Source of the DNA: an uncultured Hyphomicrobiales bacterium
GTDB lineage: Bacteria > Bacteroidota > Ignavibacteria > Kapaibacteriales > UBA2268
Assembly (NCBI GenBank): GCA_964581505.1
Contig: CAZOOR010000003.1
Location: 19,659-83,658, forward strand
Length of the DNA: 64,000 nucleotides
Reading direction: 5' to 3'
Positions 48,716 through 57,889 of the stretch are shown one piece after another (the first letter of the stretch is position 1; the number at the start of each line of letters is the position of its first letter). The notes below the pieces were generated by a model. That model worked only from the letters and a program-made list of their open reading frames with translations. It did not search any database and was not told the DNA's origin. The translations under genes were made by a program, and so were the position numbers.

Positions 48716-49909
48716 TTGAATATTTTCACTCGAATTGCTTTTTTTGCTTTAAATATACTTCTCATTTTTGCTCTGAGCAGCTGCGATGAGCCGGAGAAGA
48801 AAACAGATGTGTCCGATATATTATCGGATTCCTCGTCAGTTGCTAAAACAGTTGCCGAAGATACTATTCCCAAATCACCTTTTCCTTTGATTAATTACAC
48901 TCTGGATACTATTCGTAATCGTCAGCACTACCGCCAAATTATTAATAGATTCCGCCGGAAGAAAGGGAATTTTGCGGCATTCAAGGCTTTTACAACGCTC
49001 AATCGCAAGGAATTGCGTTTTATTGGTGTGGGGCAAGCCGTGGTTATTCCTGATACAGTAGTAGATGATATTAGGGCTTATAGTGTGTTCCCTTATTATT
49101 ATCCCGGGGCTAAGAATATTAAAAAAATCGTTATAATTTCAACCGTATATCAGGCTTATGCCTGCTATGAGTACGGAAAACTTGTTCGTTTTGCCGCTGT
49201 AAATTCCGGCAAGGAGCGGACACCGTCTTATCCCGGAAGGTATTCTATGGGGTGGAAAGAGAAAGACCATTTGTCATCTATTGATAGCACTTGGCATATG
49301 CCATATACGATAAATTTTCATCGGCAAGCCGGCAGTGCTTTTCATAAATTCACTATGCCGGGCAGACCTGCCTCGCATTCTTGTATCAGGCAGTTTATGG
49401 ACGATGCCAAGTGGCTTTACTACTGGATTGATAATGAAAAATATGATTCGACTCACAAGCCGATTCCATTTTCGGGAACTCCTGTTATTATTATTGATTA
49501 TTATGATTTTTCACCCGGAAACGGATACAAATGGAAATATCTTAGAAACAATATGGAATTAATTACAGACTTACCGGAAAATCCTATGGCTGTCGAAGAA
49601 GCATTAATTCCTATATCTCAAATTCCACTCGGCGCTCGTGGTAGTCTTGTAAATTACAAGCGTTTTCTTTATGCTGAAGATACATTAAGAGCAAGAGGAG
49701 TAATTCGCTCCGGTGTCCGATTGACACAAACTCGTGATTTCAACAAGGAACGTAGGCTTAGGGAGAAAAAGAAAAGAGAAGAATTGGAACGGCTAAAACA
49801 AGATAGTATTAGTAAGTCTGTCATTAGTATTGCTCCTGTGAAAAAGCCAATAACACCACAACCGAAACGAGACAGTACAAGAGTTGATACACTGAAAATT
49901 ATCAGATAG
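48716..49909 (+). CDS. L,D-transpeptidase family lipoprotein (YkuD domain) with basic coiled C-terminal tail
   Basis: TTG start. Lipobox-like LSSC. Catalytic His/Cys pattern HKFTMPGRPASHSCIR. K/R/E-rich tail REKKKREELERLKQD. Confidence 0.7.
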   Translation: MNIFTRIAFFALNILLIFALSSCDEPEKKTDVSDILSDSSSVAKTVAEDTIPKSPFPLINYTLDTIRNRQHYRQIINRFRRKKGNFAAFKAFTTLNRKELRFIGVGQAVVIPDTVVDDIRAYSVFPYYYPGAKNIKKIVIISTVYQAYACYEYGKLVRFAAVNSGKERTPSYPGRYSMGWKEKDHLSSIDSTWHMPYTINFHRQAGSAFHKFTMPGRPASHSCIRQFMDDAKWLYYWIDNEKYDSTHKPIPFSGTPVIIIDYYDFSPGNGYKWKYLRNNMELITDLPENPMAVEEALIPISQIPLGARGSLVNYKRFLYAEDTLRARGVIRSGVRLTQTRDFNKERRLREKKKREELERLKQDSISKSVISIAPVKKPITPQPKRDSTRVDTLKIIR

Positions 49910-49913
49910 TTAC

Positions 49914-49944
49914 AAAAAAGCCGCTTTTTCGAGCGGCTTTTTTT
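49914..49944. terminator. bidirectional Rho-independent terminator
   Basis: aaaaaagccgct-ttttcg-agcggcttttttt between convergent L,D-transpeptidase (+) and DHOD-like (-) genes. Confidence 0.65.
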
Positions 49945-49960
49945 ATTATATTATTTGCAA

Positions 49961-50950
49961 TTAGAACTTATTGCTGTAATGTTTCATAAATTGGGCGCGT
50001 TCGTAAACAGCGGGGTTGATACTCTTTGCTTGGCTCATTTTCCCGCGGAATTCGTCAATACTGTCGAACCCGGATTCATCCATCCATTCTTTTATATCAT
50101 TGAGCATAGTTGTTATATAGTCTATACCGTTTTTATAAAGCACCGAAGCAAACTGAACGGCATCTGCACCTGCAAGCAATTCCTTAATTGCCGCTTTTCC
50201 GCTATGCACACCGGTGGAAGACGCTAAATCACATTTTACGCGTTCCGCCATAATGGAAATCCATCGCAACGACACTGCTAAATCCGAAGCATTGGAATAT
50301 AGGAATGCAGGAACCACTCGGAAGTTATGAATATCGAAATCCGGAGCGAAAAATTTATTGAATAATACCAATCCGTCAATCTCGGTTTCCGAGAGTTTTT
50401 GCAACATTGCGGCAAGATTAGTGAAATAATAACTGACCTTCAAAGCAACGGGGATGCTCACTTCTTGCTTTACCTTGTTGATTATGTCGAAATATATTTT
50501 TTCATTATCTTCGGCGGTTTTGTCAAAATCAGAAGGCATCAAGAAAACATTAAGTTCAAGAGCATCTGCTCCGGCATTCTGTATCCTCTTTGCAAAATAT
50601 GTCCATTCACTTGCAGAGACACAATTTACAGATGCAATGACAGGAATAGTTAATTCTTTCTTTGCTTCTGAAATTAAACTTAAATATTTTGTCAGTGTAT
50701 CCTCGACTGTATCTAAGTCGAACATATCGAAAATTTCGGGATAAATATTACTTGGTGCAGACATATTGTCCATACTTTTTTTCATTTCAATTTCTATTTC
50801 TTCTTCAAAAAGAGATTTCAAAACGACAGCACCTGCACCGGCATTTTCCATTTCCTTCAATTTTACTAAATCATCTGTAAGACCGCAACTACCTACAATT
50901 AAGGGATTGCGTAATTCCAGACCGAGATATTTAGTTGTCAAGTTTGCCAT
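49961..50950 (-). CDS. dihydroorotate dehydrogenase-like (DHOD-like TIM-barrel) protein; probably not a genuine PyrD
   Basis: MANLTTKYLGLELRNPLIVGSCGLTDDLVKLKEMENAGAGAVVLKSLFEEEI resembles the DHOD/DHPD class-1 N-terminus. The canonical N.SCPN active-site loop is replaced (NVFLMPSDFDKT). Confidence 0.7.
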   Translation of the reverse strand: MANLTTKYLGLELRNPLIVGSCGLTDDLVKLKEMENAGAGAVVLKSLFEEEIEIEMKKSMDNMSAPSNIYPEIFDMFDLDTVEDTLTKYLSLISEAKKELTIPVIASVNCVSASEWTYFAKRIQNAGADALELNVFLMPSDFDKTAEDNEKIYFDIINKVKQEVSIPVALKVSYYFTNLAAMLQKLSETEIDGLVLFNKFFAPDFDIHNFRVVPAFLYSNASDLAVSLRWISIMAERVKCDLASSTGVHSGKAAIKELLAGADAVQFASVLYKNGIDYITTMLNDIKEWMDESGFDSIDEFRGKMSQAKSINPAVYERAQFMKHYSNKF

Positions 50951-50989
50951 ATCTATATTACTTTCTTATTAGTTGTAAAATGTACATTG

Positions 50990-52231
50990 TCAATCAAGAA
51001 AATGTACGAAAAGACCGTCCCTCAGTTTCGGTTCAAACCAAGTGGATTTGGGCGGCATAATTTTTCCTGCATCTGCAATAGACATTAGCTCATCAACAGA
51101 TGTAGGATACATTGCAAAGGCTAACACCATTTCGCCCGAATTTACCCGGCGTTCAAGTTCATCCAAACCTCTTATTCCGCCCACAAAGTCTATACGCTTG
51201 CTTGTACGCGGGTCGTCAATAGCTAATAAAGGTGTTAGCACATAGTTCTGCAATAGTGCAACATCAAGTTTATTGACAGGGTCGGTGATACTGCGTAAAT
51301 GCTCTTTGGCGTTCATACGATACCATTTGCCCGCAATATACATTCCGATTTCACCCTTACTCGTCGGCTTTACCTGTACGCCCGATTCTTCAATATTAAA
51401 ATTCTCTTTAAGTTTTGCAAAGAAATCATCATAAGTTAAATCGTTCAAATCTTTTACAACGCGGTTGTAATCCATAATGAAAAGATGACTTGCAGGAAAT
51501 AAAACCGAAAGGAAATAATTGTATTCCTCATTACCGGTATGAGCTGGATTTGCTTCACGCCGCTCACGTCCAACAATTGCCGCCGCCGCTGAACGATGAT
51601 GTCCGTCCGCTACATAGAAATTATCTACTTCACTCAGGATATTCTCAATTTTCTTATTAGTTTCTTTAGATTTGATTACCCAAGTCTGATGTCTTATGCC
51701 GTCTTCGGATACAAAGTCGTTCTCAGGCTCTGCTTCAATCTCTTTAGCGACAATATCATTAATAACATCAATATCGCGATATGTCAGAAAGATAGGTCCT
51801 GAATGCGAATTTGTTACTCTGACGTGTTCGCATCTGTCTTCTTCTTTTTCTTTGCGTGTCTTTTCATGTTTTTTAATTACATCATTCCAATAGTCTTCGA
51901 CTGCGGCACAGCCGACTAAGCCGTACTGAGTTCTGCCGTTCATTGTTTGTGCATAGATATAGAAAAAGTTTTCTTTGTCTTGCGCAATAATATTATCATC
52001 AATTAGTTTCTGAAGATTATCCTTTGCCTTCAGATACACTCTCGGGTCATATAAGTTGATTGAAGGAGCTAAATCCACTTCCGGTTTACCAATATGCAAG
52101 AATGATAGGGGGTGTCCCTTTACTTCCTCGCGTGCTTCGTCTGAATTCAATACATCATAAGGCTTTGCCGCAACTTCTGCCGCAAATTCTTTTTTTGGTC
52201 TGTATGCTTTAAAGGGTCTGTAAACTGCCAT
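50990..52231 (-). CDS. DUF1015 domain protein
   Basis: MAVYRPFKAYRPKKEFAAEVAAKPYDVLNSDEAREEV...; 413 aa. Confidence 0.85.
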   Translation of the reverse strand: MAVYRPFKAYRPKKEFAAEVAAKPYDVLNSDEAREEVKGHPLSFLHIGKPEVDLAPSINLYDPRVYLKAKDNLQKLIDDNIIAQDKENFFYIYAQTMNGRTQYGLVGCAAVEDYWNDVIKKHEKTRKEKEEDRCEHVRVTNSHSGPIFLTYRDIDVINDIVAKEIEAEPENDFVSEDGIRHQTWVIKSKETNKKIENILSEVDNFYVADGHHRSAAAAIVGRERREANPAHTGNEEYNYFLSVLFPASHLFIMDYNRVVKDLNDLTYDDFFAKLKENFNIEESGVQVKPTSKGEIGMYIAGKWYRMNAKEHLRSITDPVNKLDVALLQNYVLTPLLAIDDPRTSKRIDFVGGIRGLDELERRVNSGEMVLAFAMYPTSVDELMSIADAGKIMPPKSTWFEPKLRDGLFVHFLD

Positions 52232-52247
52232 TATATCTCCTGTGGAT

Positions 52248-53171
52248 TTATGAATTTTTCAAAACATCAATTACTTTTTCTGCAATTTCCGTACCTACTC
52301 GTACTTGTGCTTCAACAGTCGATGCACCAATATGCGGGGTTAGTGATACTGCCGGATGGCGTACCAATTCCATTTGGGCTTCGCTAATCGGTTCGTTTTC
52401 CCAAACATCAATACCTGCATAGCGAACTGTGCCGTCATTGAGTGCCGCAAGCAAGTCTTTTTCGGCAACAACTCCGCCGCGGGCGCACTGAATGATAATA
52501 ACACCTTTTTTCATTTTAGCAAATTCTTTAGAAGTTAGTGCAGGTCCTTCCGATTTAATAAACGGCATATGCAAAGAAATCACATCGGCATTTGCCAGCA
52601 CCTCGTCTTTTGTCATCAGTTTGACATTCATATCGGTTTCTTTGACAAATGGGTCGAATGCAATAACAGACATACCGAGACCTAATGCACGTTTTGCAGT
52701 TTCCTTGCCGATGTTGCCGAATCCAATTAATCCAAGTGTCTTGCCTGTCAATTCAAAGCCTTTGGAATAATCTTTTTTGGGCCATTTGCCGTCAAGCATT
52801 TCCACATTACTTCTATTCAGAAAACGAGCAACCGAGAACATGTGTGCAATAGCAAGTTCTGCAACAGATATAGATGATGCCCCCGGAGTATTGACAACCG
52901 GAATACCTTTTTCTTTGGCATAAGCAGTGTCAATATTATCAAGTCCTACACCGGCACGGGCAATTACTTTAAGATTAACACCCTTATCTATTACTTCCTT
53001 AGTAACTTTTGTAGCCGAGCGAACAATAATCGCATCGAAATTGGCTATTATATCAAGTAATTCTTCGGGTGAATATTTCTGAATTACTATTTCAAAACCT
53101 GCATCTTTTATTAATTGCGCCCCTGCGTCCACAATTCCATCACTTGCAAGTACTTTCATATTTATCTCCAT
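52248..53171 (-). CDS. serA: D-3-phosphoglycerate dehydrogenase / D-isomer-specific 2-hydroxyacid dehydrogenase (short SerA-type)
   Basis: KVLASDGI...LKVIARAGVGLDNID...GIPVVNTPGASSISVAELAIAHM...GKTLGLIGFGNIG...HIGAST. Confidence 0.85.
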   Translation of the reverse strand: MEINMKVLASDGIVDAGAQLIKDAGFEIVIQKYSPEELLDIIANFDAIIVRSATKVTKEVIDKGVNLKVIARAGVGLDNIDTAYAKEKGIPVVNTPGASSISVAELAIAHMFSVARFLNRSNVEMLDGKWPKKDYSKGFELTGKTLGLIGFGNIGKETAKRALGLGMSVIAFDPFVKETDMNVKLMTKDEVLANADVISLHMPFIKSEGPALTSKEFAKMKKGVIIIQCARGGVVAEKDLLAALNDGTVRYAGIDVWENEPISEAQMELVRHPAVSLTPHIGASTVEAQVRVGTEIAEKVIDVLKNS

Positions 53172-53267
53172 TATTCATTTATAAAAATTAATTTTTCTTA
53201 TGTTCAAAATTATAGAAAAAATACTTCCTTCCAAAATATAATACGTCTTGACGCATACATTATGTTG

Positions 53268-54596
53268 CTAATTCCAAGGATTAACAAAATATTTCTCAAT
53301 CTCTTCAAATTTATAAGGGTTAAAATTTGTAATCTTTACTTTTTTGATATATATCTCATAGTATTTTTCAATTGCTTTGGCTATTGCTTCCCCTAATTGT
53401 AGTTGGGTTTTGTAACTGACTATTTCATCGTAACAGCCCGGTCGTCTATATGTGGATTCTAATGTAAATGCTACGACCTTTTCTTTAAAATTAACCCACC
53501 ACCAGCTTTCGGGGTATGGCTTTTTGTACATAGGTTTTGATGGTCGGTAGCTTGTAATAACATTCAGACGTCCGCCGCATAGATAGCGGTTTATCAAGTA
53601 AGCATAACGCAAATGGTAAACAAACATAGAGTCCCCTGCGGCGCCATGTTCGCTAAGGTGTCTGCTGAAATTTGTAAAAATAAATGGATTAGTATTTTTT
53701 GTTGAATTTGTCGAATGCAGATTAATCGCAAGTATGAAATTATTGCCTTCGTCCAGTAGTCTGTTAATTGTATTATTCAATACACGGACTTCGATAGCCG
53801 CCTTAGCGGATATTTTACGTTTATCCGTCTTATTATGGAATAGCCATTGTCGTTCCAAATCTGTACTTGTTAGTGGTGTTACTCTTGCATTCCCTTCGGC
53901 TACACCATCATAATTAAGCATAGGTACAATATAGAACACAAGTTCCTTTAGATTAATCTTTATGTCATCAATACTCTTCTTTTTCAAAATATATTCCATT
54001 ATGCCTTCGAGTACATAAGAACTGCCGGTCTCAGACGGGTGTGTGCGAGCGTGTATCCATATTGCTTTTTTCTTATTATTCGGAACGGAAAAGTCTGTAA
54101 TAATAAACATTTTCAATGGTCTGCCCATACCTGTTTGTCCAATTTGCATTGCTCTGAAATATGGCTTGAAAGAGAGCCGTTTTTCCAGCTTAGCAATACG
54201 TGCCGTATCATAAGGATAATAACGTGCTATCGTAACAAACGGCTTTGCAAATGATTTGGTTATCCTGTAATTATATAGATGCGAATCTTCGCTAAATTCT
54301 TCAAATATATCATCTTCTTCAAATCTATGCCATTTTCTGCCATAATAGGAATATACGGGGACAACATATTCGCCGCCACGCCACCCGTCTCCATTTATAT
54401 TTATTTTTATTTCTACATTTTCGGGAATACCCCGAAATTCCTTATAATACCAAGAGCGGAAAGATTTTGGTAATGTAGTATCATTATTATCATCGTGAAT
54501 ATATATAGACCAACGGTCGTCCCCGCGTGGCTCCGAAAGCAATAACAATGTGCAAAAAAATAATGCCAATGTTCCTATTTTTAACAAATTTTTCAT
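53268..54596 (-). CDS. M14 family zinc carboxypeptidase-like protein, secreted
   Basis: Signal peptide. Zn-ligand block WIHARTHPSETGSS (H..E) and FYIVPMLNYDGV (PxxNPDG-like). Confidence 0.6.
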   Translation of the reverse strand: MKNLLKIGTLALFFCTLLLLSEPRGDDRWSIYIHDDNNDTTLPKSFRSWYYKEFRGIPENVEIKININGDGWRGGEYVVPVYSYYGRKWHRFEEDDIFEEFSEDSHLYNYRITKSFAKPFVTIARYYPYDTARIAKLEKRLSFKPYFRAMQIGQTGMGRPLKMFIITDFSVPNNKKKAIWIHARTHPSETGSSYVLEGIMEYILKKKSIDDIKINLKELVFYIVPMLNYDGVAEGNARVTPLTSTDLERQWLFHNKTDKRKISAKAAIEVRVLNNTINRLLDEGNNFILAINLHSTNSTKNTNPFIFTNFSRHLSEHGAAGDSMFVYHLRYAYLINRYLCGGRLNVITSYRPSKPMYKKPYPESWWWVNFKEKVVAFTLESTYRRPGCYDEIVSYKTQLQLGEAIAKAIEKYYEIYIKKVKITNFNPYKFEEIEKYFVNPWN

Positions 54597-54717
54597 TTTT
54601 TATCATAAATTGTAACATATTGTTTGCAAAACTTATGAAATTTTATGTAAATATAAATAAATATCTTAATTTTGTCATCACAATAGAAAATTATTCGGAT
54701 AATTATATTTAGAGGAA

Positions 54718-55812
54718 ATGATTATGGCAAGAGCAATTAATTTCAGCGCAGGTCCGGCGGTATTACCGTTGGAGGTTTTGGAAGAGGCAAGAGAAGCCGC
54801 TTTCGATTATAAAGGAAAAGGAATTTCCGTAATGGAAATGAGCCATCGCTCAAAAGAATATGATGAAATATTTACGGAAGCACAGGCTGACTGTCTCAAA
54901 ATTATGGGGCTTTCTTCAGATGATTATGCAGTGCTGTTTCTTGGTGGCGGGGCAAGTTTGCAGTTCCACATGATTGCTATGAACTTTTTGAAAAAGCAGG
55001 CGGATTACATTAATACCGGTGCTTGGTCTAAAAAAGCAATCAAAGAGGCAAAATGGGTCGGTGATACAAATGTTATTGCCAGCTCCGAAGAAAAAACTTT
55101 TAATTATATTCCTGATGATTTCAAAATTACACCCGGGACAGATTATTTACATATTACAACCAATAATACGATTTACGGTACCGAATGGAAAGATAATGTA
55201 CCTGATACAGGTGATATTCCACTGATTGCCGATATGTCTTCCGATATGTTTGCAATTGAAAGAGATTGGGCTAAATATAGTTTGATTTATGCAGGCGCCC
55301 AGAAAAATATCGGTCCTGCCGGTGCTACTATGGTTGTTATTAAAAAATCTTGGCTTGAAGCAAATCAGAATGAAAATATTCCGACTATGCTGGATTATAA
55401 AACGCACGTTGATAAAGATTCTCTCTTCAATACTCCGCCTGCATATCCTGTTTATGTTATCGGTAGGACTTTCAAATGGCTCCTGAAAAACGGCGGTCTG
55501 AAAAAGATTCAAGAGAATAATGAGAAAAAAGCCGCTATGCTCTATGATTTCATTGATGCTAATTCGGATTTCTATAAAGGTACTGTAACAAATAAAAGAG
55601 ACCGCTCTCTAATGAATGTTACTTGGAATTTGCCGACTGCCGAACTTGAAGCAAAATTTATTGAGCAAGCTCTGGAAAGATACCAAATGAAAAATTTAAA
55701 AGGTCATCGTAGTGTCGGTGGTATTCGTGCATCTATCTATAATGCCTGTCCTAATGAATGGGTCGAAACACTTGTCAAATTTATGGACGAATTTATGAAA
55801 GAGAATAAATAG
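54718..55812 (+). CDS. serC: 3-phosphoserine / phosphohydroxythreonine aminotransferase
   Basis: MARAINFSAGPAVLPLEVLEEA...MEMSHRSKEYDEI; likely true start at the second Met (54724). Confidence 0.9.
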   Translation: MIMARAINFSAGPAVLPLEVLEEAREAAFDYKGKGISVMEMSHRSKEYDEIFTEAQADCLKIMGLSSDDYAVLFLGGGASLQFHMIAMNFLKKQADYINTGAWSKKAIKEAKWVGDTNVIASSEEKTFNYIPDDFKITPGTDYLHITTNNTIYGTEWKDNVPDTGDIPLIADMSSDMFAIERDWAKYSLIYAGAQKNIGPAGATMVVIKKSWLEANQNENIPTMLDYKTHVDKDSLFNTPPAYPVYVIGRTFKWLLKNGGLKKIQENNEKKAAMLYDFIDANSDFYKGTVTNKRDRSLMNVTWNLPTAELEAKFIEQALERYQMKNLKGHRSVGGIRASIYNACPNEWVETLVKFMDEFMKENK

Positions 55813-55830
55813 TTTATTTTTCTATTTAGC

Positions 55831-55867
55831 AAAAGAGAGCCTGCTTTGCAAAGTCAGGCTCTCTTTT
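55831..55867. terminator. bidirectional Rho-independent terminator (13-bp perfect stem)
   Basis: aaaagagagcctg-ctttgcaaagt-caggctctctttt followed by tttta. The right arm abuts the stop codon of the convergent minus-strand gene. Confidence 0.75.
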
Positions 55868-56836
55868 TTATTTACTTTTTTTATCTTTAAGCAAAAGTGG
55901 TATGCCGAATTTAGCAAGTAAATCATAGATTTCGTAGATTTCCTTATGCAATAAACTTGCCGGTGGTTGTTTGAATTCATGAACAGCCTTATTGCGTTCC
56001 TTGATGAAATCGAAATTCGGAATTTTGTGATTGAAATATGATGTATTATTTATGAATATTCGTTTCTTCTTGAAATTATATAATCCGCTTAACATTGTAT
56101 TGACAGCACTCTTTTCAATAAATCTTTCCAGATAATTGCCAACGATATAATCAAGGAATAAATCCATACAGGTTCCCATATCTATTGCCGCCATTCGGTA
56201 GTTCTTGTGTCGAATATTCTGTACTGCGTGATAGAAAATATCATAAACGGGATTTAGAATATAACCCTTAGATAGTTTAATGAAACTATCTTTGAAACGG
56301 GAATAATACATAGGTTTAATTTTTGTTTCTTTTGTTTGCAGATTTGTAACAGGCTCAAAATAATATTCTAACTTATCATTATCTTTGTATGTCAGTTGAA
56401 TTCTTTCGCGGGTTGTTTGGGGGAAATCAATTCCGGGTAAAAAAGTTCTATTGGAAATCAATCCAATAATGTTTATTGTTCGGCTTATTTCGTTCAATGC
56501 GTCATGAAGTTCGTCTTTTAATTCCTCATCATCAGGATTGATATTGTCAAAAATAATACCCGCCGCATTGATTTGAACTTTGACAGACTTACGTTTACCT
56601 TGTGGCATTTCGGCTATGATGCCCCATTTATTCGAGTTGTAATTGGATATATCGAACATCTTATTATCCAATTGATTGGGACAAGAAAGGAATCCGAGAA
56701 CCGTTAAATCGCCGGAAAATTCGGGTAATAGTATTCTCGCTTTATGCTTGTTTATATATGCGTCAAAGCTTTTGCCAAGGAATTCCTTGCCTGTGATTAA
56801 GCCCGGTGCAAATATCATCTTGCCATACATTTTCAT
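55868..56836 (-). CDS. hypothetical cytoplasmic protein with C-terminal HEPN-like R-N-x3-H motif
   Basis: 322 aa, no signal peptide, no recognised family. Contains ...FDFIKERNKAVHEFKQ... ~45 residues from the C-terminus. Begins 4 nt after the asparaginase-like gene (co-transcribed). Confidence 0.45.
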   Translation of the reverse strand: MKMYGKMIFAPGLITGKEFLGKSFDAYINKHKARILLPEFSGDLTVLGFLSCPNQLDNKMFDISNYNSNKWGIIAEMPQGKRKSVKVQINAAGIIFDNINPDDEELKDELHDALNEISRTINIIGLISNRTFLPGIDFPQTTRERIQLTYKDNDKLEYYFEPVTNLQTKETKIKPMYYSRFKDSFIKLSKGYILNPVYDIFYHAVQNIRHKNYRMAAIDMGTCMDLFLDYIVGNYLERFIEKSAVNTMLSGLYNFKKKRIFINNTSYFNHKIPNFDFIKERNKAVHEFKQPPASLLHKEIYEIYDLLAKFGIPLLLKDKKSK

Positions 56837-56840
56837 TGTT

Positions 56841-57863
56841 TTATCTCACTAAATAGTCGGAGTCAAATAGTTTGTTATTATTCTTGCCATTCTTTGCAGG
56901 GAGGTAAACAGCGGCTTGGAATCCTTTTTGCAGTGAATAGTAGCCTGTTTCCCCGTATTTATTCATAGCAATAAATGCTACTTGGAAATTGCGGAAATCC
57001 TTTTGCTTTCTTGCTATCCGGCGAACAGCTTCTTTGCATGCCCTTGCCGGTGAATAGCCAATTCGCATAAGTTCAACAACAAGAAAACTTCCGGCAATTT
57101 TGATAACCGCTTCACCCTTACCTGTTGCCGCCGCACCACCGATTTCATTATCAACATACATACCTGCTCCGATTATAGGGGAATCGCCGACCCGACCGTG
57201 CATTTTCCATGCAAGTCCCGAAGTAGTGCAGGCACCGGAGAGATTGCCGTTTTTATCCATTGCAATCATTCCTATCGTATCATGATTATTAAAATCAACC
57301 GGCTTGTATTGATGCGATTTACTCCATTCCTTCCATTTCTTCTCGGCATTCTTTGTCAATAAATCACGTTTTTTAAATCCGTTATCAAATGCAAATTGCT
57401 CTGCACCGGCGCCGGAAAGCATTACGTGTTCTGTCTTTTCCATTACGAGACGTGCAACTGAAATCGGGTGTAGAATGTGTTCGAGAAATGCCACCGAGCC
57501 GCAATTTCCGTTTTCGTCCATAATGCAAGCGTCAAGTGTTACATGCCCGTCCCTATCAGGGTAACCACCGAAACCAACACTTGTTACGGTAGGGTCGGCT
57601 TCAGGAACTCTAACGCCGGCTTCAACGGCATCAAGTGCATTGCCGCCGCTTTTTAATATTTTCCATGCCGCCTCATTAGCAGGAATCCCATGCTTCCATG
57701 TAGAAATTACCACCGGCTTAACTTGCTTTCTTGGTTCGTCAGGTGAAAATGGGTCAATTTGTTTGCTTTCAAGTTTGACGCTTGCCCCGATTACCGCCGC
57801 CGTACTTATTTGTAAAAATTCTCTGCGTGATTTCATATTGTTTCTTATTGATAAATAAAACAA
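56841..57863 (-). CDS. isoaspartyl peptidase / L-asparaginase (Ntn-hydrolase, plant-type asparaginase family) with Tat signal
   Basis: Twin-arginine leader SRREFLQISTAAVIGASV. Autoprocessing site region DTIGMIAMD...GRVGDSPIIGAG...GGAAATGKGE. Confidence 0.85.
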   Translation of the reverse strand: MFYLSIRNNMKSRREFLQISTAAVIGASVKLESKQIDPFSPDEPRKQVKPVVISTWKHGIPANEAAWKILKSGGNALDAVEAGVRVPEADPTVTSVGFGGYPDRDGHVTLDACIMDENGNCGSVAFLEHILHPISVARLVMEKTEHVMLSGAGAEQFAFDNGFKKRDLLTKNAEKKWKEWSKSHQYKPVDFNNHDTIGMIAMDKNGNLSGACTTSGLAWKMHGRVGDSPIIGAGMYVDNEIGGAAATGKGEAVIKIAGSFLVVELMRIGYSPARACKEAVRRIARKQKDFRNFQVAFIAMNKYGETGYYSLQKGFQAAVYLPAKNGKNNNKLFDSDYLVR

Positions 57864-57889
57864 AGATTAATAATATTGAAAAAAATGAT

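Noticed and set aside
49961-50950. Calling the TIM-barrel protein pyrD (dihydroorotate dehydrogenase)
   Set aside because: The canonical active-site loop (N.SCPN with catalytic Cys/Ser) is not present in the translation. Labelled DHOD-like instead.
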